A DNA stretch of 46,197 nucleotides from Lacrimispora sp. (GCA_047604985.1 JASGGP010000001.1:1-46197); one strand, 5' to 3'; counted from the stretch's first letter, positions 18,215-28,832 are shown. The notes: generated by a model from the letters alone, not told the origin. Numbers and translations are program-made.

Positions 18215-18260
18215 TTGACGAAATTTCCAAAATAGTGTATTCTTTATGTAAGTACTTACA
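18215..18260 (+). promoter_or_regulatory. uxaA sigma-A promoter and operator TGTAAGTACTTACA
   Basis: TTGACG-17bp-TATTCT, then a perfect 14-bp palindrome at 18247-18260 over the expected start site. Confidence 0.8.
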
Positions 18261-18313
18261 ATTTCAAAATCACAGGAGAAATTGAACATTTTCAGAGAAA
18301 GGAAAGGAACTTT

Positions 18314-19794
18314 ATGCAGGATTTTATCAAAATTCATCCCGGGGATAACGTTGCTGTTGCCTTAAAGCCCCTCTCTTCCGGCACAGTCTTAAACGTGGAC
18401 GGCAATTCCGTCACTCTTCTGGAGGAGATCCCACAGGGCCACAAGTTTTCCCTCACCGATTTATCTGCCGGCGCCTCAGTCATCAAATACGGCAATGCCA
18501 TCGGTATTGCAAGGGAGGACATAAGGGCAGGGGCCTGGATTCACACCCACAATTTAAAAACAGGCCTGGGAGATCTGCTGACCTACACCTACAACAAGCA
18601 GGAGGTCACCATTGAACCTACGGAAGAACGTTTCTTCCAGGGCTACCGCAGGCCTGACGGAAAGGTAGGCGTCCGCAATGAAATCTGGATCATTCCTACG
18701 GTTGGCTGTGTCAACAACATCGCCACTGCTTTGGAACGCATGTCCAAAAAATACGTGGGCGGCACCATTGATGAGGTTGCTGCATTTCCTCATCCCTACG
18801 GCTGCTCCCAGATGGGCGACGACCAGGAGTACACCAGAACCATTCTGGCTGATTTAATCAATCATCCCAATGCAGGCGGCGTTCTTGTCCTGGGTCTGGG
18901 CTGTGAAAACAGCAGCGTCGCAGAGCTGAAAAAATATATCGGCAAATATGATGACCGCAGGGTAAAATTCCTGATAGCCCAGGAATCCGATGACGAGATG
19001 GCAGACGCCATGGAGCTGATCGGTCAGCTGGCGGAATATGCGGCCGCCTTCAGAGAGAGCCCATCAGCTGCAAAGAACTGGTTATCGGCATGAAGTGCGG
19101 CGGCTCCGACGGCTTATCCGGAATCACGGCAAATCCAACGGTAGGCGCATTTTCCGACATGCTGGTTTCCAAGGGCGGGACCACCATCCTCACAGAGGTT
19201 CCGGAGATGTTCGGTGCGGAAACTCTTCTCATGAACCGCTGCCAGGATGAAGAAACTTTCCATAAGACCGTGGATCTTATTAATGATTTTAAAAATTATT
19301 TTACCAGCCACAACCAGACCATATACGAAAATCCTTCTCCCGGCAATAAGAAGGGCGGCATTTCCACCCTGGAGGATAAGTCCTTAGGCTGCGTCCAGAA
19401 ATCAGGAAGCGCTCCGGTCATGGATGTATTAAAATACGGTGAGCCGGTTCACACCAGAGGCTTAAACCTTTTAAATGCTCCCGGCAATGACCTTGTGGCA
19501 TCTACTGCCCTGGCCGCTTCCGGCGCCCACATCGTCCTCTTTACCACAGGCCGCGGAACGCCCTTTGCATGTCCTGTGCCCACCGTAAAGATTTCCACCA
19601 ACACCGGCCTCAGCCTGAAAAAAGGAAACTGGATTGATTTCAACTGCGGCGTTTTAGTAGAGGGCACAGATATGGAGACCTTAAAAAACCAGTTCTTTGA
19701 TTTTGTAACTGACGTGGCCTCCGGCAAAAAGGTAAAATCCGAGGAAGCGGGCTTCCATGACATGGCAATCTTCAAGAGCGGCGTGACCTTATAA
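18314..19794 (+). pseudogene. uxaA: Altronate dehydratase, with a -1 frameshift near 19051 (real lesion or sequencing error)
   Basis: SAF domain, GVRNEIWIIPTVGCVN and HPYGCSQ motifs. Adding one base in ttcagagagag gives xREPISCKELVIGMKCGGSDG, joining ORF 19090-19794 (NPSPGNKKGG, FTTGRGTP). Confidence 0.9.
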
Positions 19795-19842
19795 GATTTA
19801 TAAAATAATTATTCATAAACCGGAAAAGGAGAAAAAATTCAA

Positions 19843-21330
19843 ATGGAAAAGTTATGCTATGAGACACTGAAAAAACAGGGATTTGACGGATATCTTTTGG
19901 AGAAAGCGCCGGAAAGAGTCCTGCAGTTCGGCGAGGGAAATTTCTTAAGAGCTTTTGTGGATTATTTTATTGACATTTTAAACGAAAAAACCGGATTCAA
20001 TTCCAAGGTGGTTTTATGCCAGCCCATCGCTCCGGGCCTTGGGGATATGATCAATGAGCAGGAGGGACTTTATACCCTTTTCCTCCGCGGCTTTGAAAAC
20101 GGACAGAAAGTAAACGACAAGCGGGTTATTTCCTGTGTGAGCAGATGCTTAAATCCTTATAAGGATTACGACGCTGTCTTAGACTGTGCAAAAAATCCCG
20201 ACCTGCGCTTTATCGCCTGCAACACCACGGAAGCGGGCATTGCCTATGATCCAGCCTGTCAGTTTACCGACGTTCCGGCAGACAGCTACCCGGGAAAGCT
20301 GACCCAGTTCCTGTACAAGAGATTTGAAACTTTCGGGAAAGAAGCCGGAAAAGGCTTTGTCATTCTCTCCTGTGAGCTCATCGACAACAACGGAAAAGAG
20401 CTGGAAAAATGCGTATTAAAGTATGCCCAACAGTGGAATTTAGGAGAAGAATTTATCAGCTGGATCAAGGCCGAGAACATCTTCTGCTCCACTTTAGTAG
20501 ACCGTATCGTAACCGGATACCCCAGAAATGAAGCTGCCTCCATCTGTGAGGAATTAGGCTATCAGGACAATTTAATCAATACGTGAGAAGTCTTCGGCCT
20601 CTGGGTAATTGAAGGACCGGAAAGCTTAAAGAAAGAGCTTCCCTTTGAAGAAGCAGGACTTCCCGTTTTAATCTGCGACGACCACAAGCCTTATAAGCAG
20701 AGAAAGGTCCGTATCTTAAACGGCGCCCACACCTCCTTTGTATTAGGCGCTTATCTGGCCGGACAGGATATTGTCCGTGACTGCATGGAGGATGAGGTAA
20801 TCTGCGGCTTTATGAACAAGACCATTTACGACGAGATCATCCCTACCTTAACCCTTCCAAAAGAAGAGCTTATGGCTTTCGCAGCCTCTGTAACGGAGCG
20901 CTTTAAGAATCCTTTCATTGACCACGCGCTTCTGTCCATTTCCCTTAACTCCACCTCCAAGTGGAAAGCAAGGGTTATGCCGTCTCTTAAGGAATATGTG
21001 GAAAAAACAGGAACCCTGCCAAAATGCATTACCGCTTCCTTTGCTTTCTATCTGGCTTTCTACAATGGAACAGCTCTCACAGAGGACAGCCTTACTGCAT
21101 CACGTCCTGCCGGAAATGAGTATTCCATTAAGGATGACAAGCCGGTACTCCAGTTCTTCTATGACCACAAAGATGACGATGCCGCTGCTCTCACCCACGC
21201 AGTCTGCACCAATGCGGATTTCTGGGATGAGGATTTAAGCAAAATCCCGGGCTTTGAGGAAGCTGTTGCCGGTTACTTAAAGGACATTCAGGAAAAAGGC
21301 GCTTACGAAGTGATGAAAGAGTGCCTGTAA
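19843..21330 (+). pseudogene. uxaB: Tagaturonate reductase (altronate oxidoreductase), with an in-frame TGA at 20584-20586
   Basis: LQFGEGNFLRAF and LVDRIVTG motifs. Reads through in frame as NT*EVFGLWVIEG...RKVRILNGAHT...ERFKNPFIDH. Confidence 0.9.
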
Positions 21331-21334
21331 TTAT

Positions 21335-21376
21335 AAAAGGCCTCGCAATTGATTCTGTTCAATTGCGAGGCTTTCT
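21335..21376. terminator. Hairpin terminator after uxaB (convergent with the toxin gene)
   Basis: GCCTCGCAATTGA-ttctgt-TCAATTGCGAGGC with an A-run before and a T-rich tail after. Confidence 0.85.
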
Positions 21377-21415
21377 TGCCGCTTTTACTAATTTATCATT
21401 AGAATATTATACTCA

Positions 21416-21688
21416 TTAAAATAAGTCACTATGGGATCCGGTTCTTGTGAGATATAGTATAAGCTCCTGACGGTCTACTTGATAAATCAGAAGCCAATCG
21501 GGCGTAATATGGCACTCCCTGAATCCTGTAAAGCTACCGGTTAAATCGTGATCTTTATATTTAGGCGGCAATGGTTTTTCATTAGCCAGTATATCGATAA
21601 CTGTTTCAAAGAGCCTTATATCATATCCTCTCTTAACAATCCTCTTATAGTCTTTCTTAAATGTTGTCTCATACTTAATCGTCAGCAT
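21416..21688 (-). CDS. yafQ: Type II toxin, YafQ family mRNA interferase
   Basis: FKKDYK, KDHDLTG, RECHITPDWLLIY and RTGSHSDLF motifs. Confidence 0.92.
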   Translation of the reverse strand: MLTIKYETTFKKDYKRIVKRGYDIRLFETVIDILANEKPLPPKYKDHDLTGSFTGFRECHITPDWLLIYQVDRQELILYLTRTGSHSDLF

Positions 21689-21947
21689 TTAAGTCCTCCA
21701 TCAATTCAGTAACAGAAGAAAAGCCTTTGCTTAGTCCAACACCCTTTTGTACATTCCCTATAGCATGAAGTGTTTCTTCATTCGGAATATTTCTCGATAA
21801 TGTAAACGGAATTCTCTGCTCTCTCACTGCTTGCTTTGCAAATGCAACAAATGCAGTAGTTAAGTTCAGCCCCAAATCAGAAAATAAGTCCTCCGCCTGT
21901 TTTTTTAATTCTTCATCCATACGAATAGTGACATTTGTTGTTGCCAT
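21675..21947 (-). CDS. dinJ: Type II antitoxin, RelB/DinJ family
   Basis: NVTIRMDEELK..LFSDLGL..TTA..REQRIPF..PNEET. Overlaps the toxin start. Confidence 0.9.
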   Translation of the reverse strand: MATTNVTIRMDEELKKQAEDLFSDLGLNLTTAFVAFAKQAVREQRIPFTLSRNIPNEETLHAIGNVQKGVGLSKGFSSVTELMEDLNADD

Positions 21948-21977
21948 TATATTAACCTCCTTTCATCTGATATACAT

Positions 21978-22006
21978 ATTCTACTGCATTTCAATTCGTA
22001 TGTCAA
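21978..22006 (-). promoter_or_regulatory. Sigma-A promoter of the TA operon
   Basis: TTGACA-17bp-TAGAAT on the minus strand. Confidence 0.7.
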
Positions 22007-22108
22007 TACAGCGCACATGTAACGCACATACTTTTATCTGTGTTTAGCAGTCTAACTTTCCACTGACCTATGAGAAGTGGAAAAAACAGATTCCAAAAAA
22101 TTACCGCT

Positions 22109-22741
22109 TCACAGCTCCCTTTTTTCATAGAATTTAATCGAAAGCCGCCAGGACCCCCACAGCAGAAGCAGGCCTGCCGCAAAAAATGCCGGTACAATCC
22201 ATATCCCTGTTGTCAGTAAAAACACCATAATGTCTGAATCAGCACCAATAGCTCCTACGGCTCCATAAAGTGCGCATACGACAATGATAACCGCATAAAA
22301 AATGCCTCTGCCCTTTTCCACACCGAATTTAAATATGGCGGGAAGCATTATACAAGGGCCGGTCAACCCGACGAAAGGAAGAACTGCGGTGAAAAGCCCC
22401 AGCAGCTTCCAGTCAAGGGCCCCATAAATTACCATTTTAACCGCCTGTGCAGCAACGATCATCAAAACACCGATACCAAGAAAAATCAAGGTCATAACAT
22501 ATTTTATGGAGACAAGCTCTTCCCTTGAATATGGAAATGTTCCCGCATATACACTCCATTTGCTTTTTTCATCATAGGAAATCAAATTCACGGGAATAAC
22601 CGTAGTCATCAAAACAGGGTATATCATGAAAAAAATATTATTTCCCCAGATAGAAGCCACTGCAAAAACAAGTGAAATTGCAACATAGAAGCGGCAATAC
22701 CTGGCTGCCATATACAAATCTTTCAAAAGTAAGCCCTTCAT
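22109..22741 (-). CDS. ABC-2 type transporter permease
   Basis: MKGLLLKD, YDEKSKW, FKFGVEKGR and S..FYEKREL motifs, about 6 TM segments. Confidence 0.87.
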   Translation of the reverse strand: MKGLLLKDLYMAARYCRFYVAISLVFAVASIWGNNIFFMIYPVLMTTVIPVNLISYDEKSKWSVYAGTFPYSREELVSIKYVMTLIFLGIGVLMIVAAQAVKMVIYGALDWKLLGLFTAVLPFVGLTGPCIMLPAIFKFGVEKGRGIFYAVIIVVCALYGAVGAIGADSDIMVFLLTTGIWIVPAFFAAGLLLLWGSWRLSIKFYEKREL

Positions 22742-22742
22742 A

Positions 22743-23588
22743 TTATTTCGCCTCCTTTACCATGAATACAAACAGCTGTTCAAGATCAATGGGACCGGCA
22801 TTCAGCGAAGCCGGAACTGCATCCCGGTCCACAATGGCTTCCACACCATAGGGAGAATGCCTTTTTCCCTTAATTGCAGAAGGCTTCAGCTCCCGCAGTT
22901 GTTCAGAAGTACAACGGATAATCCCGTACTTTTCCAGCAGAATATCTTTCTCCTCACAGAGAAGCAGTTTTCCTTCATGGAGAATTGCGATATAATCGCA
23001 GATCTTTTCCAGATCACTGATAATATGGGAAGAAATCAGGATTGCATGGTTTTCATCCCGGGTAAACTCACTGAGCATGCCTATGACCTCATCCCGGACA
23101 ATCGGATCAAGACCGCTGGTAGCCTCATCCAGAATCAGGAGCCTTGGATTGTGTGACATCGCTACGGCAATGCCGCATTTCATTTTCATGCCCCGGGAAA
23201 ATTCTTTGAAAGCCTTATTGGACGGAATAGAGAGGTTTTTCAGATAATTCATATAGAGCGCCTCATCCCAGCTGCGGTAAGTGTTTTTCATGATATTTCC
23301 AATCTGTTCTGCCGTCAGGCACTCCGGAAAGCCCACCTCGTCAAGAACAACGCCGATATCTTCCTTTAATTCCTTAATATTTTCCTGATTATCCCTGCCA
23401 AAAATAAAAATATCGCCGCTGTCCCTGCGGATCATATCAAGAATCAGCTTAATGGTGGTGCTTTTTCCTGCCCCGTTCTCACCGATCAGGCCCAAAATGC
23501 AGCCCTTTGGCAGCGTAAGATTCAAATGATCCAGGGAAAAGTCAGGATATGATTTGCATAAATTTCTTATTTCAAGTTCATTCATCAC
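22743..23588 (-). CDS. ABC transporter ATPase (YtrB-like)
   Basis: GENGAGKS, FSRGMKMK, LDEATSGLDP and SSHI motifs. Confidence 0.92.
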   Translation of the reverse strand: MMNELEIRNLCKSYPDFSLDHLNLTLPKGCILGLIGENGAGKSTTIKLILDMIRRDSGDIFIFGRDNQENIKELKEDIGVVLDEVGFPECLTAEQIGNIMKNTYRSWDEALYMNYLKNLSIPSNKAFKEFSRGMKMKCGIAVAMSHNPRLLILDEATSGLDPIVRDEVIGMLSEFTRDENHAILISSHIISDLEKICDYIAILHEGKLLLCEEKDILLEKYGIIRCTSEQLRELKPSAIKGKRHSPYGVEAIVDRDAVPASLNAGPIDLEQLFVFMVKEAK

Positions 23589-23960
23589 TTAATCCTCCAT
23601 AATATTCTGAAACATTTCGATGATCTCCTGCCTGCTTAAATTACAGGAGACAGCCAGCTGCAGGATTTTTTCCATATACTCCTCTATCTTCCTTAAGTTT
23701 TCTTCCCGCAGCAGTTCAACATTTTTCGGTGCCACAAAGCATCCCTTGGCAGCAATGGTATATATAAAACCTTCCTTTTCCAGCTCGTCATAAGCTCGTT
23801 TGGTAGTCACCACACTGATCCGCAGATCCTTGGCCAGGTTGCGGATGGAAGGAAGCGCCTCATCCTCCTGAAGAGTACCGTTAATGATCTGAGCCTTGAT
23901 TTGAGTATAAATCTGATCGTAAATCGGCGAACCGCTCTTATTGTCTATAAATATATTCAT
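23589..23960 (-). CDS. GntR family, YtrA-subfamily regulator
   Basis: PIYDQI, LPSIRNLAKDLRISVVTTKRAYDELE and a short C-terminus. Start revised to the ATG at 23960. Confidence 0.92.
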   Translation of the reverse strand: MNIFIDNKSGSPIYDQIYTQIKAQIINGTLQEDEALPSIRNLAKDLRISVVTTKRAYDELEKEGFIYTIAAKGCFVAPKNVELLREENLRKIEEYMEKILQLAVSCNLSRQEIIEMFQNIMED

Positions 23961-23984
23961 AGCGTCAACTCTCTTTCTGATCTT

Positions 23985-24026
23985 TCTGTATATATACAAT
24001 ATATACACTAAACACAGTTTTGTCAA
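23985..24026 (-). promoter_or_regulatory. Promoter with an overlapping YtrA-type operator
   Basis: TTGACA-17bp-TATATT. AGTGTA-N13-TACAGA (23985-24009) resembles the YtrA inverted repeat AGTGTA-N13-TACACT. Confidence 0.7.
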
Positions 24027-24120
24027 TACCATATAAGCTTTTAGAATAACTTTCCAACCGGGCATGGGCCTTTTGAAGAGGGAAAGGTCTGTATCCCCTG
24101 ACTTTTAACCATTTTCTTTC

Positions 24121-24174
24121 AAAAAAAGACAAACGCCGCAAAATGAAAAATTCATTTTGCGGCGCCTGCCTTTT
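24121..24174 (-). terminator. Terminator of the PTS operon
   Basis: CGCCGCAAAATGAA-aaa-TTCATTTTGCGGCG stem with a T7 tail on the minus strand, right after the HAD stop. Confidence 0.85.
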
Positions 24175-24177
24175 CTG

Positions 24178-24876
24178 TCACTCCGCTGACTTCCGATTCA
24201 AAAATCTCAAATATGCCGGATCACTCCTGTATTCCTCTAAATATGGAATAACCTGTTTTAAGGACGGCAGTATTTTTACCGTTCTCTGTCTCTCCTCTGC
24301 CCCGGGCTCGATGCCGTCCGGTATCATAATAACCGGGCACCCCGCCTGAAAGCCGGACAGGATGCCGTTAGGGGAATCCTCCAAAACCAGGCATTCCTCC
24401 GGCACTCGTCCGAGCTCTTTTACCGCCTTTAAGTAAATCTCCGGGTCCGGCTTGCTCTTAGCCGCCATATTCCCGTATACACAGACATCGAAGCTGTCGG
24501 TCAGCCTTTCCATTTTGAGATACTGGCCTGCCATGTTCTCATGGGTGGAGGTGGCAATTGCTGTCTGATATCCCTTTTCCCTCAGGAACTTTAACAGCTC
24601 CAAAAGTCCGGGCTTGTGAGGCAGGCCATTCTCCTTTATGTATTGTTCCGTATATTCGATTCTGCGCTGGCGGATTTTCGTAAAATCAAATTCCGGTCCA
24701 AACCTTTTTAAAAACAGTTCCTGTACCAGGGTCTGGTTCACGCCCCGCATGGGATTTAAGTCCTCCGGCTTTATCACATGCCCAAACTGCCGGCCTGCAT
24801 GGACCCACGCAGTATTATATAAGCTTTCTGTGTCAAACATCAGCCCATCCATATCAAAAATAACCGCTTTAATCAT
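24178..24876 (-). CDS. HAD-family phosphatase
   Basis: IFDMDGLMFDTE, IATS, KSKPDPEIY and LEDSPNG motifs. Start revised to 24876. Confidence 0.9.
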   Translation of the reverse strand: MIKAVIFDMDGLMFDTESLYNTAWVHAGRQFGHVIKPEDLNPMRGVNQTLVQELFLKRFGPEFDFTKIRQRRIEYTEQYIKENGLPHKPGLLELLKFLREKGYQTAIATSTHENMAGQYLKMERLTDSFDVCVYGNMAAKSKPDPEIYLKAVKELGRVPEECLVLEDSPNGILSGFQAGCPVIMIPDGIEPGAEERQRTVKILPSLKQVIPYLEEYRSDPAYLRFLNRKSAE

Positions 24877-26002
24877 GGCTCTCCTTTGGCACATTCGTAA
24901 ACTGGTCCCTGATCCCGTCAGGAATTTTACTTCCAACTCTCTTATGAAACTCAGGATCTTTAGGCAGATCAGGATTAATACCCAAATCCTGTGGAGCGAA
25001 ACATGCCACTACCTGCAGGGGAATGATATATTCCCATGGAGAAAACAGGCTATCTTCTACAAATTTGCAGATTAAATCTTTTGAACTTGTTTCCTCAAGC
25101 CCTTCCGAAGAAGCAATCATATAATTGTGCGATGTCCATTCGCTTAAAATATTGATGAGCTTTACCGTCCGGAGCTTATAATCACCCTTGGAGGCCAGAT
25201 AAAAAATATGGGTGTCTTCATTAATGGAATTATAAATGCCATGGAAAAACTCTTCAATATCATACCCTGCCACTCCCTGGCGCACCGTCTCAAGTATTTT
25301 CAAGGCGCCCTCCAGAACATCGGCATACATTCCATCATATCCTACCACAATGATCCGCTTCGCAGGAAGAAACTCTTCCTTTATTCTCTGATACCACTCC
25401 GTCGCTTTCTCAGTAACCTGCTTCATGTTATCTATTACGCGAAACATTCGTTCAAAATACCCCTGAGCAGCTTCCTCCGTCAATATGCCTTTTGCTACGG
25501 CCAGTTCTGTCAGCAGCATCATAAGCGTAACAGTCGTTCCGGCATATCCTTTTGTTTTCGCACCGCATTTTTCATTTCCCACTTCAAGCCTTATTCCGAT
25601 ATCCGCATGTTCAAATATCAGAGCCCTTGGATTTTCCGATATAGCAGCGGTATATAGTCCCCGGCTTCTTGCCGAATCCAGACCCGCCACCGTGGAGAGA
25701 CTCTGCCCTCCCTGGGAAATTCCGATCACCAGAGTGTTTTTGTTAAAAATCTTTTCATTTCTTTCAAATTGGGTCGGATAATTGTTAAACACCTTCATGT
25801 TCAAAATTTCTTCCAAATAAGCTTTGGCAGAAAGTCCTGCATGATAGCTGGTGCCTGAGCCGATGACATACACCTGTTCAATCTTTTTTTCCTGATAAAA
25901 ACTCACGAATTCCTTTGTTATCTCTTTCCTCCGTTTTATAATGTCGGTGAGTACAAGAGGAGTCTCACAGATATATTCATACATTTTTGACTGAAATTTC
26001 AT
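24869..26002 (-). CDS. Double-SIS-domain sugar-phosphate isomerase/deglycase (GlmS-C/FrlB/AgaS-like)
   Basis: GSGTSYHA, ISQGGQS, KTKGY, EGALKILE and EEFFHG motifs. Confidence 0.87.
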   Translation of the reverse strand: MKFQSKMYEYICETPLVLTDIIKRRKEITKEFVSFYQEKKIEQVYVIGSGTSYHAGLSAKAYLEEILNMKVFNNYPTQFERNEKIFNKNTLVIGISQGGQSLSTVAGLDSARSRGLYTAAISENPRALIFEHADIGIRLEVGNEKCGAKTKGYAGTTVTLMMLLTELAVAKGILTEEAAQGYFERMFRVIDNMKQVTEKATEWYQRIKEEFLPAKRIIVVGYDGMYADVLEGALKILETVRQGVAGYDIEEFFHGIYNSINEDTHIFYLASKGDYKLRTVKLINILSEWTSHNYMIASSEGLEETSSKDLICKFVEDSLFSPWEYIIPLQVVACFAPQDLGINPDLPKDPEFHKRVGSKIPDGIRDQFTNVPKESHD

Positions 26003-26835
26003 TATAATATTCCAAAAAACGCACCAGCTATACCGATTACAATAATTCCTATCATGACCGTCAGCGTCTTATATCCTTTCTTCAATAATTTATAAATTCC
26101 AAAAGTCAGTAAAAGAGGAAGAACTTTCGGAAGTATCTGGTCGAATACGCTTTGTATCTCAACACTGGTTTCCCCTATGGACAGTACCAAAGGCGTTGAA
26201 AATGCAACCATGGAGGCGATCATTGCTCCCACAACGCAAAGTCCTATGATCTTCGCACAATTGGTGAGAATTTCGATCATACCTGAGGATTGAGCCGCTT
26301 CAATAAAACTGATTCCGCTCTTATATCCCAGCTTCAGTCCGTAATATCTGGCCAGATAATGAGGTACATTGAATATGATCAAAAACAACAGGGCTCCCAA
26401 CAGGCTCCCTTTTGCCGCCAGACCACAGCCCACACCAGCCGCAATGATTCGGAAAGTTCCCCAGAAAAACGAATCTCCAATACCGGCTATGGGACCCATT
26501 AAAGCCGCCTTTAAAGCGGTAACCGACCCAATATCAAAGCCTTCCTCAGACTTTTTGTTCTGTTCTTCCAGGGCGACACAGGCTCCGGTAATAAAACTGA
26601 CCACCTGAGGGGTCGTATTGAAAAATGACAGGTGCCTTTTTAAAGCTTCCCTGGCTTCTTCTTTTTTCGGATACAGCCGTTTCAACACCGGTATCATGGA
26701 ATAGCAAAAGCCTACGTTCTGCATGCGTTCATAGTTAAAACAGCCCTGCAGCGCAAAGGACCGCCAAAAGGTCTTTTTCATGTCCGATTTGGTAATCAGA
26801 CCGCCGTCTGTATATGCTTCATCTAAATGTGCCAT
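26002..26835 (-). CDS. Mannose-family PTS EIID
   Basis: FNYERMQNVG, RHLSFFNTTP and LMGPIAGIGDS motifs. Confidence 0.94.
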   Translation of the reverse strand: MAHLDEAYTDGGLITKSDMKKTFWRSFALQGCFNYERMQNVGFCYSMIPVLKRLYPKKEEAREALKRHLSFFNTTPQVVSFITGACVALEEQNKKSEEGFDIGSVTALKAALMGPIAGIGDSFFWGTFRIIAAGVGCGLAAKGSLLGALLFLIIFNVPHYLARYYGLKLGYKSGISFIEAAQSSGMIEILTNCAKIIGLCVVGAMIASMVAFSTPLVLSIGETSVEIQSVFDQILPKVLPLLLTFGIYKLLKKGYKTLTVMIGIIVIGIAGAFFGIL

Positions 26836-27626
26836 TATAATTCACCTCCCAAATCATCAGACGCTGCCTGAGCCAGCCCAGAAGAAATCTGTTCATTTTT
26901 TCTTTTTGTAGCCGACTGGTAAACCGTATAAGCAATAACGGCCCTCACAACAGCGGCTCCCACCGTACTCATTCCAAGCAGAGCAGTCAATATAAATCCA
27001 ACAAATAAGTATGCCGCATTGGTCTTATCAAAAATAAGCTGCATTAAAATAGCAATTCCCAATGCCGGAAGCATTCCGCTGGCTGCCTTTAAACCGCTCA
27101 ATATAAAGGCTGGAAGTGCATCCACAAAAGCGGCGATTGTATTGGAACCCAGCAGAAAACCCAGGAACACAACCAAAAATGAACTAATCCAGAACAGCGC
27201 AGCCCCTGACCAAAAGGCTTTTGCAACACCCTTATAGTCCCCTTCCTCCGCAGCCTTGTCTGCCCAGTGAAGAAATGTGGCATTAACGGTTCTGTCCAAT
27301 ATTCCCACGGACTGAGCCAGAGTAGCAATGGGCAATGATAATGCTACAGCCGCATCCATATCAAGTCCTGACATAATGGCAAATGCGGTAGCCAATATTC
27401 CTCCCGACACCACATCGGGCGGAGTGGCCGCACCAATACCGACGACCCCCATCATTACTAATTCTATTGACGCCCCCATTACAATACCTGTTTGAATATC
27501 CCCAAGCAGAAGTCCCACAATAGGACCCGTTACAATTGGCCGGTCAAACATATGCTGCCCGAAAATCCGGCCATCCCATATGGCAAATCCGGCAAGAATC
27601 CCTAATAACAAAGCTTTCAATATCAT
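26835..27626 (-). CDS. Mannose-family PTS EIIC
   Basis: RPIVTGPIVGLLLGD, GAATPPD and GMLPALG motifs. Confidence 0.94.
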   Translation of the reverse strand: MILKALLLGILAGFAIWDGRIFGQHMFDRPIVTGPIVGLLLGDIQTGIVMGASIELVMMGVVGIGAATPPDVVSGGILATAFAIMSGLDMDAAVALSLPIATLAQSVGILDRTVNATFLHWADKAAEEGDYKGVAKAFWSGAALFWISSFLVVFLGFLLGSNTIAAFVDALPAFILSGLKAASGMLPALGIAILMQLIFDKTNAAYLFVGFILTALLGMSTVGAAVVRAVIAYTVYQSATKRKNEQISSGLAQAASDDLGGEL

Positions 27627-27643
27627 CCCTGTATCCTCCTCTT

Positions 27644-28129
27644 TTATTTATGAAACTCTTTTACAATATCTCCAAACTGAAGTTTCTTTTCCGTGGGAAC
27701 TGCCTGCAAATAAACTTTCTTTCCCAAGGCATGGATTTTTTCAACGGCCTCTATATCCTCTTCATCCAGATACACCTGCCTTTCTACCATTTTCTTACCC
27801 GGTGCTTTTCGGATACCTCCCAGACAGACTTCCGAAACAGACTGGCAGCGTTCCGTTAAATACAAAGCATCCTGTATGCTGGCTGTCACCACAAAAATAA
27901 TTCTCTCAGCGTGCTTTGGATTATTGAGAACCGCCACCGCCCCATCCATAGATTTTATAGACAGCGTTGCCTGGGGCGGCTTTGCCAATTGAAAAGCCAT
28001 CTGCATCAGCTTATCGGTGACAGCTGCATCATTGGCAACCACAATCGTATCCGCACCTAAAAATGAAGTCCAGCTTACTGCAACCTGGCCGTGGATCAAC
28101 CGGTCATCTACTCGTAATAGCTTAATCAT
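27644..28129 (-). CDS. Mannose-family PTS EIIB
   Basis: LRVDDRLIHGQV with the phospho-His. Confidence 0.94.
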   Translation of the reverse strand: MIKLLRVDDRLIHGQVAVSWTSFLGADTIVVANDAAVTDKLMQMAFQLAKPPQATLSIKSMDGAVAVLNNPKHAERIIFVVTASIQDALYLTERCQSVSEVCLGGIRKAPGKKMVERQVYLDEEDIEAVEKIHALGKKVYLQAVPTEKKLQFGDIVKEFHK

Positions 28130-28150
28130 TTTTACCTCCTGTTCTGTGTT

Positions 28151-28597
28151 TTACAATTCGTCTGAATCGGACATGATACAGATATCCTCTCTATCCATAA
28201 TGTCGTTGACCAGACATATGGTACTTTTTGATCTTTCAACCACATCCCTTAAGACTTGTCTGTCCGACTGCTCGTCTCCGTTCAGAGAAAGCATAGCCAC
28301 TTCCAGCAGCAGCCCCAGATTCAGACCGGTTATCAGATAGATCCTTTTCTTTTTTCTCAAGAGCTCCATGGCTGCTCTGGTAGTACTGCCTCCAGCAATG
28401 TCACTGAGAATGACAGTGCTTTCCTCATTGCAAAAAGCATTTATCTTAGCCTCAATTGCAGCAGCTATTTCAGGAATTCTTTCCTGAGCGCTGATACTGA
28501 CAAAATCAACATTTTCTATCCTCCCAAGAACCAACTCCATAGATGTTAAAATGCCCTTGGCAAAATCCCCGTGTGTAACCAAAATAACGTTTTTCAT
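28151..28597 (-). CDS. Mannose-family PTS EIIA
   Basis: LVTHG, SDIAGGS and TGLNLGLL motifs. Confidence 0.93.
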   Translation of the reverse strand: MKNVILVTHGDFAKGILTSMELVLGRIENVDFVSISAQERIPEIAAAIEAKINAFCNEESTVILSDIAGGSTTRAAMELLRKKKRIYLITGLNLGLLLEVAMLSLNGDEQSDRQVLRDVVERSKSTICLVNDIMDREDICIMSDSDEL

Positions 28598-28599
28598 AA

Positions 28600-28695
28600 T
28601 TACCCCCGCTTAAAAAAGTTCAGATTCTTTAACCGGACAATCTGTTCTTTGCCAAGTTCCGGTATATTACCGTCTTTCAATTTTACAATCGTCAT
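28600..28695 (-). CDS. 31-aa small ORF leading the PTS operon (MTIVKLKDGNIPELGKEQIVRLKNLNFFKRG)
   Basis: AAGGAGG RBS 8 nt before the ATG. The stop lies 2 nt before the EIIA ATG. Confidence 0.5.
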   Translation of the reverse strand: MTIVKLKDGNIPELGKEQIVRLKNLNFFKRG

Positions 28696-28832
28696 TTCTC
28701 CATCCTCCTTAAAAATAAATCCGTTCCAATATGCGCTGTTGACATTGATACCCACATGATTCATGACAGCTTGTTTCTGATGAAACCCGATTCACAGACT
28801 TTTTCCGAAGAACTTCTCCTTTCCCGAATATT

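Noticed and set aside
19045-19062. Programmed frameshift or phase variation in uxaA
   Set aside because: The AG run is only 4 units, and a one-base loss does not match dinucleotide slippage. There is no slippery heptamer.
20584-20586. In-frame TGA in uxaB as selenocysteine or programmed read-through
   Set aside because: The position corresponds to a small non-catalytic residue (DT[G/A]E motif), not Cys, and no convincing SECIS-like hairpin was seen. A single GGA-to-TGA change explains it.
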